Part shown: in pieces, positions 50,281 through 62,167 of the stretch
How the letters are laid out: each line of letters starts with the position of its first letter
Numbering within the stretch: the stretch's first letter is position 1
Source of the DNA: Leucoraja ocellata
Lineage: Eukaryota
Length of the DNA: 64,000 nt
Assembly: GCA_036785375.1 (NCBI GenBank)
Contig: JAWMAR010000070.1
Coordinates: 7,378,001-7,442,000, forward strand
Direction: 5' to 3'
Translations under genes and position numbers: made by a program
The notes under the pieces: generated by a model
The model's input: the letters and a program-made list of their open reading frames with translations, nothing else
The model's database searches: none
What the model was told of the DNA's origin: nothing

Positions 50281-53200
50281 TTCAGCAGGGCCAGTCCCAG
50301 GGTCAGTAGCAAAGTCTAGTTTAGTTTAGTTCCGTTCAGAGGTACAACAGGGAAACAAGCCCTTCGGCCCACAGAGTCAACGGGGACCAGTGATCACCCC
50401 ATATACTAGTTCTATCCCACACACTAGATACAATTTACACTGACCAATTAACCTACAAACCTGCACGTCTCTGGGGTGTGGGACGAAACCGGAGCACCCG
50501 GATTCCAAAGAGGAAGGAAGATTCCAAGGGGAGTTAGGGGCGACCGTGGCTGACAAGGGAAGTCAGGGACACTATCAAAATAAAAGAGAACAGGTATAAC
50601 GTTGCAAAGATGAGCGGAAAGCCAGGGGATTAGGTAACTCTTTTAAAGAGCAACAGAAGATAACTAAAAAAGCAATACGGGGAGAAAAGATGAGGTATGA
50701 AGGTAAGATAGCCAAGAATAGAAAGGAGGATCGTAAAAGCTTCTTTAGATATGTGAAAAAAATTAGTTCAGACTAAAATTGGACCTTTATAGACTAAAAA
50801 CTTTGGATCCGTCTTCACTAAGGAGAACACAAACAATCTCCCTGATGTACTAGTGGCCAGAGGATCTGGGGACAATGGAGAGCCAGTGGATGTAGTGTAC
50901 CTGGACTTGCAGGAAGTATTTGATAAGGTCCCACATAGGAGATTAATGGGCAAAATTAGAGCACATGGTATTGGGGGAAGGGCCTGTTTCCATATTGTTT
51001 GACTCTGACACGAAGTAGGGAATAGTAAAGGTATAAAGATGAGCAGCGTGGAAGGTGTGAGCGTGGATCGCATGCAGTGAGGAGAACTGACCTTGCACTG
51101 GTAAATGTACGTTTAATTTAAATAAACTTTCTTCTGCCTGCCCTGAAGACAGCCGGTGTGAGTGATTCTTTGTACGCCAGCATTGAGTTGGGTGTGAACT
51201 TTGTGCAACTTTTGCTCACTACGGGCAACATCGCCGGATTAAAGGGCCTGTCCCACGAGCATGCGACTCCATGCGGCAAGCGCGACCTAACGTGGTCACT
51301 TGAGCCGTACGGCCTCGCGGGGCCGGTCCCACTTTGATCGCCGGAGCCGTATGGAGTTGTGTGGAGCTGGTCCCGACATCGCGCGGGGCTCTGAAAAACT
51401 GAATATGTTAGGATATGGAAACAGGTTCTTCGGCCCACCGAGTCTAACCCAACCAGTGATCACCCCTACACTAGTTCTAACCTACACACTAGGGACAATT
51501 TACTGAAGCCAATTAACCATCAAATCTACACGTCTTTGTAATCTGAAAGGGAACCAGAGCACCCGGAGGAAACCCACATGGTCCCAGGGACAATGTACAT
51601 ACACTGTACAGACAGTGCCCGTAGTTACCATCGAAGGCGGGTCTCTAGCGCTGTAAGGCAGCAACTCTACCGCTGCGCCACTGTACCGCCCCTGCATTGC
51701 CCTCGTGCATTGTTAGGGCTGCTGATTAGAGTCCAGTTTTGACCCTCGTTGGGTGTCAATTGTGGTTGTCAAGGAGCTTTCTTACCTCCGTATGGAGCCT
51801 GGTCTTCCAGTTATAGACCCACACCACCCTGGCCACACTCTCTTATCACCACTACTGAGGGGAAGGTACAGGAGCCTGAGAACCGTGAGCTCCAGGTTCA
51901 AGAGCAGCTTCTTCCCAGCAAGCACAAGGTTGTTGAACCAGCCTGCACAACCCCAACCACAACCCTACGCCACTCACCACAACCCTACACAACCCTGATG
52001 GACACTGCACCACTGGTGATGCCCCACGTACGTTGTCTTGTACTATCATGGTCTGGTTTACTTGGAATAACTGAGACCTTATTGTGTACTTATGGTGTAA
52101 GTATATAATCATGATAGGCCAGGGTAGACAGTGGAGGGCTGCCACTACAGAGCCGCCCATAGACCTGATAGAATTATATAAAGTTACTGTGCAGACCAAG
52201 TACAAACCCAACGCAATATTCCACCACTCACCCATTCCCCAACGCTATATATTCCACCACTCACTCATAGCCCCTAATTGTGCAGGAGCGGCTCATTTCT
52301 CCGTTTCCCCTCTTCCTCCTCTTCACCCTCCCTCTTCAATACCTAGAGAGGGAGGAGGGGTAGAGGGAGGGCGTAGAGAGGGAGAGAGGCAGAGAGAAAG
52401 GGGGTAGAGAGAGAGTGGGAAGGGGTAGAGGGTGAGGGAGGGGGGGGGGGGGTAGAGTGGGGTGGAGGGATTAAATACATTATTTTCAAGCTTACCCCCA
52501 TTCTAGTTCAGTCAAAAACCACTGAGTCAAGCACTGGAACAATTAATCTTTATTTTTGGACTGTACATCTAATTCAACTACACGATACCTAAACCACTGC
52601 GGGTTCAATCCTTGTATCTGCTTGGCCAAACCCTTCAGCCTCGTGCAAGCAGAAACACTCCAAAAGGTCACGCTGTCCCAAGGATTCTTCCAGAAGATCG
52701 ACAAAGGACCTCGTGGGGGCTGCCTTTTATAAGTCCCCGAACCTTGAGGGGCCGAACTACATAGGGGTGGTCTCTTTACAATCCAATCAAACATATTAAT
52801 TACATCAGTATATTATAGACAGTTCCCCAGACCACTAATAGATCCCATACATTGTTTCAGGAGAAGCTTCTGGAAGATGCTAACTTAACTTGAATAATGC
52901 AACATTTACCCTGGAATTCAAACAAACCTGCCAGGGCTCAATACTTTAGCCAATCAACAAACAGTAGGATAACTGCCTGGCACATTATATACAATATTTA
53001 CAATGCTGTTGCAGTAATCCAATCAACCATGCATTTACACTTCATTGGAGGTCATCTCCTTGCACGGAAATCGGTATCAAAACATGGGGGTGCACAATTC
53101 CATGGCGGCACACATGCACACGTGTGCATGCGGCACACACGCGAGGATTCGGCCATGGGCCCTGTGGACGGTAACATCGGGAGCTGACTTGGTTGGTGAC

Positions 53201-55373
53201 CGACTCCGAACTCCAGCAACAGCAGCTTCGTCCGCCCGGAATCGTGAGGCTTGAATCGGCCCGTTCGCGGGGCCTTTCATCGCCCGACGGGGGTTTCAAC
53301 ATTGGTATTGATGTGGATAGAGAACTGGCTGGCAGACAGAAAGCAAAGAGTAGGAGTAAACGGGTCCTTTTCAGAATGGCAGGCAGTGACTAGTGGGGTA
53401 CTGCAAGACTCAGTGCTGGGACCCCAGCTATTTACGATATATATTAATGATCTGGATGAATGCAACATCTCCAAGTTTGCAGATGACACGAAATGGGGGG
53501 CAGTGTTAGCTGTGAGGAGGATGCTAGGAGGCTGCAAGGTGACTTGGATATGTTGGGTGAGTGGGCAAATGCATGGAAGATGCAGTATAATGTGGATAAA
53601 TGTGAGGTTATCCATTTTGGTGTAAAAAACAGGAAAGTAGATTATTATCTGAATGGTGGCCGATTAGGAAAAGGGGAGATGCAACGAGACCTGGGTGTCA
53701 TGGTACACCAGTCATTAAAAGTGGGCATGCAGGTGCAGCAGGCAGTGAAGAAAGAGAATGGTATGTTAACATTCATAGCAAAAGGATTTGAGTATAAGAG
53801 CAGGGAGGTTCTACTACAGTTGTACAGGGTCTTGGTGAGACCACACCTGGAGTATTGCGTACAGTTTTGGTCTCCTAATCTGAGGAAGGACATTATTGCC
53901 ATAGAGGGAGTACAGAGAAAGTTCACCAGACTGATTCCTGGGATGTCAGGACTTTATGGCATACTGAGTTGGATGATCAGTATAATCATATTAAATGGCA
54001 GTGCAGGCTCGAAGGGCCGAATGGCCTACTCCTGCACCTATTTTCTATGTTTCTATGGGAGCCTCGATCGCCTCGATGCAGCAGTTTGATTTTAAGCCGC
54101 TCGGGCGCTGAAAGGCCCCGCGAACGGGACGATTCTGCCCATAGAAAGCGTCTGATAAAGTCCGGAACACAAAACATGGGCGGGGGGGGAATCGTCCCCC
54201 ACCTCCCAAAGCATAGGGAGACATGCCCCCTGTCCCCCCCCAGGATTTCCGCCCATGGCGGTCACGATATCTCCTTCACCGCCGCAGTCTCGACGCCTCT
54301 TTGATGGGCGCGAAAAACCCCATGTGGGGCGTAGAAGGCCGGGTCGGATAAAGCGGAAAGTTAATTTCAATGAGGTCCTCCCCCTGACGTCACTGGAAGC
54401 TGCTGGTCGACCACTCCCCCTTTGTGACATCACTCGAAGGGGGGTGAAGGTTTGCCGTTTAATAAGTTGGTTTTCACTATTTTTAAAACGCTATAACTTG
54501 TGAACTACAGCATGTAATGTGAAGTGGAGCAGTTTATTTTGTCAAAGGGGTTAATGTGATTAATAATGTGCGGAGGAGGGGAGGAGGAGAGGGGAGAGAA
54601 GGAGGAGGGTGTAGACGAGGGGGAGGGAGTGTAAGAGACTCGCCTGCGCAGTTGTGGGGTATGGGTGAGTGGTGGAATATTACGTTGGGGGGACGGGTAC
54701 ATCGCAAAGGAATCTCATTTAGATTTCTTGGGAGGAGGCTTTTCATTGTGGGGGGTGGAATTGCTGAGAGGTTTCATTTACTCCTTATTTATAAAATAAT
54801 TACGATTGTGGGGAGGGGTGGGTTGGGGGCGGGGGCTCCCCGTTTCATTGTGGGGGGGTGGAGTAAGAGAGAGGTTTCATTTCCAGAATTTTCCTTGCTA
54901 GGGGATGGGGTGAGTATTGTGGGGTATGGGTGAGTGGTGGAATATTACGTTGGGGGAACGGGACCCAACGGGTCCCACTTGGTCTAGTTATCATTATTTA
55001 TTTAATGTTTCACGTTTACACCAATCTCTCCACCACCACGAACAAGCAGCACAAGACGCGACAAGACAGACACCATTGTATGCAGATGCCGAGAAGTGTG
55101 ATCAGCTCTGGCTGAACAACTAATCTTGTGTGTGGATTCGATAAGCAGAAGATTTAATGTCATAGTGTTATACAGTCATAGAGTGATACAGCATGGAAAC
55201 AGGCCCTTTGGCCCAACTTGCCCACATTGGACAACATGTCCCAGCTACACTAGTCCCACCTGTCCACGTTTGGTCCATATCCCTCCAAATCTGACCTATC
55301 CCTGTTCCTGTCTAGCAGTTTCTTAAACGTCGGGATAGTTTCTGCCTCAACTGCGATGGGTTGACCAGAACGA

Positions 55374-55599
55374 GACGTGGTGGAGACACAAGCAGGATGT
55401 GTGGGGCGCCTGGTTGGCCGCTGGCAGCTGGGATGACGTTGTTCTTGTTAAACGTTAACGGCTGATGCAACGACACGTTTGGCAGAGGGTGGAGAGGTCG
55501 CGGCTGACTCCGGCCAATGCTCCGTGGGAGGCAGTGATTGGTTGAATGTACGTGAGGGCAGACAATGAGGGGCAGGAGAAGCCGGGAGTCGGTATAAAA
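55374..55599 (+). promoter_or_regulatory. Promoter of B5 (ERSE 55523-55541, TATA 55593-55599)
   Basis: Same motif block. Confidence 0.7.
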
Positions 55600-56250
55600 G
55601 GAGCGAGCGATGGCAGGAGATGAGAACAAGACCGACCCCGTCACCCTGTGTGGAGACTCCGGAGCTGGTAACCAACCCTGTGGATCCTTCAAGTGTCTGT
55701 GAGTGATGGGGGTGGGATTGTCTCTGTTCGCTGTTCCCCCAGTTCAGAAGCCTGATAGCAGAGGGGAAGAAGCTGTTCCTGAGTCTGGTGGTGCGCGCTT
55801 TCAAGCTTCTGTATCTTCTGCTAGACAGGACCAGGGAGAAGGAGGAATGACCGGGGTGGGACAAGTGATGGAGTCATAGAGTCACAGCGAGACCTTCGGC
55901 CCAACTTGCCCGCGCCCACCAACGTGTCCCCATCAATACTAGACCCACCTGCCTGCGTTTGGCCCTTACCCCTCTAATCCTGTCCTATCAATGTACCTGT
56001 CTAACTGTTTCTTAATCATTGTGATAGTACCTGCCTCAACTACCTCTTCCGGCAGCTCGTTCCAAACACCCTCCACCCTTTGTGTAAAAAAGTCACCCAT
56101 CAGTTTCACATTAAATCTTTCCCCCCCCCCCCTCGCCTTAAACCGATGCCCTCTGGTTCTCGATTCCCCAACTCTGGGCGGGTTCAGGGAATGTCATCAT
56201 GAATCCTACTGAGTTGCAATAAGGTGACCCATTGTTTCACCCACAGGAAC

Positions 56251-56787
56251 ATGGGACTGCAGAGATGGATAGGATTCATGGTCCTTGTGGAGATGGTGTG
56301 GCAAGTCTCCGCAACTGGAACAGGTCCGATCTCCAGAGAATGGGGAGAGGAAGCAAACTTGGCCGGGCGGAACGCACGGGCCCCTCGGCAAGTCACCAAT
56401 GAAACGCTTCCAAGATGCACGAACGAGTCAGATTCTGATGCCATCAGTCATCACCTATCAACGATTAACAAGAAGGTGCTCGTTGCATCTCTGGGTGGTT
56501 CTGTTACTTTGCCATGTAATGTATCCAACGTTGACAATAGTCCCGAGGTTACATGGAATAAAGATGGTGTTGAAATTGCCTATTTCCATAGTAGAGTGCA
56601 TGAGCGTTATAAGGGATCTGATGTTCACTGGAAGTTCGTGCAACGAAACGTCCTTTGGGAACAGGACGCCACGTTGCTCCTGACAGGTGTAAAAGAGGAA
56701 GATAAAGGGACGTATTCCTGTGTTTGGATCAAGTATCGTCAGAAACCGGTTTGTGAATTATTGATGCAGCTGATGATCTCTCACTGA
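56251..56787 (+). CDS. Secreted single V-set Ig-domain protein, copy B5 (178 aa)
   Basis: Differs from B3 by one residue (RYKG vs RYTG). Confidence 0.9.
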   Translation: MGLQRWIGFMVLVEMVWQVSATGTGPISREWGEEANLAGRNARAPRQVTNETLPRCTNESDSDAISHHLSTINKKVLVASLGGSVTLPCNVSNVDNSPEVTWNKDGVEIAYFHSRVHERYKGSDVHWKFVQRNVLWEQDATLLLTGVKEEDKGTYSCVWIKYRQKPVCELLMQLMISH

Positions 56788-59700
56788 TTCAGCAGGGCCA
56801 GTCCCAGGGTCAGTAACAAAGTCTAGTTTAGTTTAGTTTAGTTCCGTTCAGAGGTACAACAGGGAAACAGGCCCTTCGGCCACAGAGTCAATGGGGACCA
56901 GTGATCACCCCATATACTAGTTCTATCCCACACACTAGATACAATTTACACTGACCAATTAACCTACAAACCTGCACGTCTCTGGGGTGTGGGACGAAAC
57001 CGGAGCTCCCGGATTCCAAAGAGGAAGGAAGATTCCAAGGGGAGTTAGGGGCGACCGTGGCTGACAAGGGAAGTCAGGGACACTATCACAATAAAAGAGA
57101 ACAGGTATAACGTTGCAAAGATGAGCGGAAAGCCAGGGGATTAGGTAACTCTTTTAAAGAGCAACAGAAGATAACCAAAAAAGCAATACGGGGAGAAAAG
57201 ATGAGGTATGAAGGTAAGATAGCCAAGAATAGAAAGGAGGATCGTAAAAGCTTCTTTAGATATGTGAAAAAAATTAGTTCAGACTAAAATTGGTCCTTTA
57301 TAGACTAAAAACTTTGGATCCGTCTTCACTAAGGAGAACACAAACAATCTCCCTGATGTACTAGTGGCCAGAGGATCTGGGGACAATGGAGAGCCAGTGG
57401 ATGTAGTGTACCTGGACTTGCAGGAAGTATTTGATAAGGTCCCACATAGGAGATTAATGGGCAAAATTAGAGCACATGGTATTGGGGGAAGGGCCTGTTT
57501 CCATATTGTTTGACTCTGACACTAAGTAGGGAATAGTAAAGGTATAAAGATGAGCAGCGTGGAAGGTGTGAGCGTGGATCACATGCAGTGAGGAGAACTG
57601 ACCTTGCTTGCACCGGTAAATGTACGTTTAATTTAAATAAACTCTCTTCTGCCTGCCCTGAAGACAGCCGGTGTGAGTGATTCTTTGTACGCCAGCATTG
57701 AGTTGGGTGTGAACTTTGTGCAACTTTTGCTCACTACGGGCAACATCGCCGGATTAAAGGGCCTGTCCCACGAGCATGCGACTCCATGCGGCAAGCGCGA
57801 CCTAACGTGGTCACTTGAGCCGTACGGCCACGCGGGGCCGGTCCCACTTTGATCGCCGGAGCCGTATGGAGTTGTGTGGAGCTGGTCCCGACATCGTGTG
57901 GAGCTGGTCCCAACATCGCATATGTTAGGATATGGAAACAGGTTCTTCGGCCCACCGAGTCCAACCCAACCAGTGATCACCCCTACACTAGTTCTAACCT
58001 ACACACTAGGGACAATTTACTGAAGCCAATTAACCATCAAATCTACACGTCTTTGCAATCTGAAAGGAAACCAGAGCACCCGGAGGAAACCCACATGGTC
58101 ACAGGGACAATGTACATACACTGTACAGACAGTGCCCGTAGTTACCATCGAAGGCGGGTCTCTAGCGCTGTAAGGCAGCAACTCTACCGCTGCGCCACTG
58201 TACCGCACCTGCATTGCCCTCGTGCATTGTAGGGCTGCTGATTAGAGTCCAGTTTTGACCCTCGTTGCGTGTCAATTGTGGTTGTCAAGGAGCTTTCTTA
58301 CCTCCGTATGGAGCCTGGTCTTCCAGTTATAGACCCACACCACCCTGGCCACAAACAGTAGGATAACTGCCTGGCACATTATATACAATATTTACAATGC
58401 TGTTGCAGTAATCTAATCAACCATGCATTTACACTTCCTTGGAGGTCATCTCCTTGCACGGAAATCGGCATCAAAACATGGGGGGCCACAATTCCATGGC
58501 GGCACACATGCACACGCGAGGATTCGGCCGTGGGCCCTGTGGACGGTAACATCGGGAGCTGACTTGGTTGGTGACCGACTCCGAACTCCAGCAACAGCAG
58601 CTTCGTCCGCCCCGAATCGTGAGGCTTGAATCGGCCCGTTCGCGGGGCCTTTCATCGCCCGGCGGTGGTTTCAACATTGGTATTGATGTGGATAGAGAAC
58701 TGGCTGGCAGACAGAAAGCAAAGAGTAGGAGTAAACGGGTCCTTTTCAGAATGGCAGGCAGTGACTAGTGGGGTACTGCAAGACTCAGTGCTGGGACCCC
58801 AGCTATTTACGATATATATTAATGATCTGGATGAGGGAGTTGAATGCAACATCTCCAAGTTTGCAGATGACACGAAATGGGGGGCAGTGTTAGCTGTGAG
58901 CAGGATGCTAGGAGGCTGCAAGGTGACTTGGATAGGTTGGGTGAGTGGGCAAATGCATGGAAGATGCAGTATAATGTGGATAAATGTGAAGTTATCCATT
59001 TTGGTGGCAAAAACAGGAAAGTAGATTATTATCTGAATGGTGGCCGATTAGGAAAAGTGGAGATGCAACGAGACCTGTGTGTCATGGTACACCGGTCATT
59101 AAAAGTAGGCATGCAGGTGCAGCAGGCAGTGAAGAAAGAGAATGGTATGTTAGCATTCATAGCAAAAGGATTTGAGTATAAGAGCAGGGAGGTTCTACTG
59201 CAGTTGTACAGGGTTTTGGTGAGACCACACCTGGAGTATTGCGTACAGTTTTGGTCTCCTAATCTGAGGACAGACATTCTTGCCATAGAGAGAGTACAGA
59301 GAAAGTTCACCAGACTGATTCCTGGGATGTCAGGACTTTATGGCATACTGAGTTGGATGATCAGTATAATCATATTAAATGGCAGTGCAGGCTCGAAGGG
59401 CCGAATGGCCTACTCCTGCACCTATTTTCTATGTTTCTATGGGAGCCTCGATCGCCTCGATGCAGCAGTTTGATTTTAAGCCGCTCGGGCGCTGAAAGGC
59501 CCCGCGAACGGGACGATTCTGCCCATAGAAAGCGTCTGATAAAGTCCGGAACACAAAACATGGGCGGGGGGGAATCGTCCCCCACCTCCCAAAGCATAGG
59601 GAGACGTGCCCCATGTCCCCCCCCAGGATTTCCGCCCATGGCGGTCACGATATCTCCTTCACCGCCGCAGTCTCGACGCCTCTTTGATGGCCGCGAAAAA

Positions 59701-60756
59701 CCCCATGTGGGGCGTAGAAGGCCGGGTCGGATAAAGCGGAAAGTTAATTTCAATGAGGTCCTCCCCCTGACATCACTGGAAGCTGCTGGTCGACCACTCC
59801 CCCTTTGTGACATCACTCGAAGGGGGGTGAAGGTTTGCCGTTTAATAAGTTGGTTTTCACTATTTTTAAAACGCTATAACTTGTGAACTACAGCATGTAA
59901 TGTGAAGTGGAGCAGTTTATTTTGTCAAAGGGGTTAATGTGATTAATAATGTGCGGAGGAGGGGAGGAGGAGAGGGGAGAGAAGGAGGAGGGTGTAGACG
60001 AGGGGGAGGGAGTGTAAGAGACTCGCCTGCGCAGTTGTGGGGTATGGGTGAGTGGTGGAATATTACGTTGGGGGGACGGGTACATCGCAAAGGAATCTCA
60101 TTTAGATTTCTTGGGAGGAGGCTTTTCATTGTGGGGGGTGGAATTGCTGAGAGGTTTCATTTACTCCTTATTTATAAAATAATTACGATTGTGGGGAGGG
60201 GTGGGTTGGGGGCGGGGGCTCCCCGTTTCATTGTGGGGGGGTGGAGTAAGAGAGAGGTTTCATTTCCAGAATTTTCCTTGTGGGAGGGTGGGGTGAGTAT
60301 TGTGGGGTATGGGTGAGTGGTGGAATATTACGTTGGGGGAACGGGACCCAACGGGTCCCACTTGGTCTAGTTATCATTATTTATTTAATGTTTCACGTTT
60401 ACACCAATCTCTCCACCACCACGAACAAGCAGCACAAGACGCAACAAGACAGACACCATTGTATGCAGATGCCGAGAAGTGTGATCAGCTCTGGCTGAAC
60501 AACTAATCTTGTGTGTGGATTCGATAAGCAGAAGATTTAATGTCATAGTGTTATACAGTCATAGAGTGATATAGCATGGAAACAGGCCCTTTGGCCCAAC
60601 TTGCCCGCATTGGACAACATGTCCCAGCTACAATAGTCCCACCTGTCCACGTTTGGTCCATATCCCTCCAAATCTGACCTATCCCTGTTCCTGTCTAGCT
60701 GTTTCTTAAACGTCGGGATAGTTTCTGCCTCAACTGCGATGGGTTGACCAGAACGA

Positions 60757-60982
60757 GACGTGGTGGAGACACAAGCAGGATGTGTGGGGCGCCTGGTTGG
60801 CCGCTGGCAGCTGGGATGACGTTGTTCTTGTTAAACGTTAACGGCTGATGCAACGACACGTTTGGCAGAGGGTGGAGAGGTCGCGGCTGACTCCGGCCAA
60901 TGCTCCGTGGGAGGCAGTGATTGGTTGAATGTACGTGAGGGCAGACAATGAGGGGCAGGAGAAGCCGGGAGTCGGTATAAAA
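60757..60982 (+). promoter_or_regulatory. Promoter of B6 (ERSE 60906-60924, TATA 60976-60982)
   Basis: Same motif block. Confidence 0.7.
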
Positions 60983-61630
60983 GGAGCGAGCGATGGCAGG
61001 AGATGAGAACAAGACCGACCCCGTCACCCTGTGTGGAGACTCCGGAGCTGGTAACCAACCCTGTGGATCCTTCAAGTGTCTGTGAGTGATGGGGGTGGGA
61101 TTGTCTCTGTTCACTGTTCCCCCAGTTCAGAAGCGTGATAGCAGAGGGGAAGAAGCTGTTCCTGAGTCTGGTGGTGCGCGCTTTCAAGCTTCTGTACCTT
61201 CTGCTAGACAGGACCAGGGAGAAGGAGGAATGACCGGGGTGGGACAAGTGATGGAGTCATAGAGTCACAGCGAGACCTTTGGCCCAACTTGCCCGCGCCC
61301 ACCAACGTGTCCCCATCAATACTAGACCCACCTGCCTGCGTTTGGCCCTTACCCCCCTAATCCTGTCCTATCAATGTACCTGTCTAACTGATTCTTAATC
61401 ATTGTGATAGTACCTGCCTCAACTACCTCTTCCGGCAGCTCGTTCCAAACACCCTCCACCCTTTGTGTAAAAAAGTCACCCCTCAGTTTCCCATGAAATC
61501 TTTCCCCCCCCCTCGCCTTAAACCGATGTCCTCTGGTTCTCGATTCCCCAACTCTGGGCGGGTTCAGGGAATGTCATCATGAATCCTACTGAGTTGCAAT
61601 AAGGTGACCCATTGTTTCACCCACAGGAAC

Positions 61631-62167
61631 ATGGGACTGCAGAGATGGATAGGATTCATGGTCCTTGTGGAGATGGTGTGGCAAGTCTCCGCAACTGGAA
61701 CAGGTCCGATCTCCAGAGAATGGGGAGAGGAAGCAAACTTGGCCGGGCGGAACGCACGGGCTCCTCGACAAGTCACCAATGAAACGCTTCCAAGATGCAC
61801 GAACGAGTCAGATTCTGATGCCATCAGTCATCACCTATCAACGATTAACAAGAAGGTGCTCGTTGCATCTCTGGGTGGTTCTGTTACTTTGCCATGTAAT
61901 GTATCCAACGTTGACAATAGTCCCGAGGTTACATGGAATAAAGATGGTGTTGAAATTGCCTATTTCCATAGTAGAGTGCATGAGCGTTATACAGGATCTG
62001 ATGTTCACTGGAAGTTCGTGCAACGAAACGTCCTTTGGGAACAGGACGCCACGTTGCTCCTGACAGGTGTAAAAGAGGAAGATAAAGGGACGTATTCCTG
62101 TGTTTGGATCAAGTATCGTCAGAAACCGGTATGTGAATTATTGATGCAGCTGATGATCTCTCACTGA
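61631..62167 (+). CDS. Secreted single V-set Ig-domain protein, copy B6 (178 aa)
   Basis: Protein identical to B3; a synonymous GTT/GTA difference near the end. Confidence 0.9.
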   Translation: MGLQRWIGFMVLVEMVWQVSATGTGPISREWGEEANLAGRNARAPRQVTNETLPRCTNESDSDAISHHLSTINKKVLVASLGGSVTLPCNVSNVDNSPEVTWNKDGVEIAYFHSRVHERYTGSDVHWKFVQRNVLWEQDATLLLTGVKEEDKGTYSCVWIKYRQKPVCELLMQLMISH

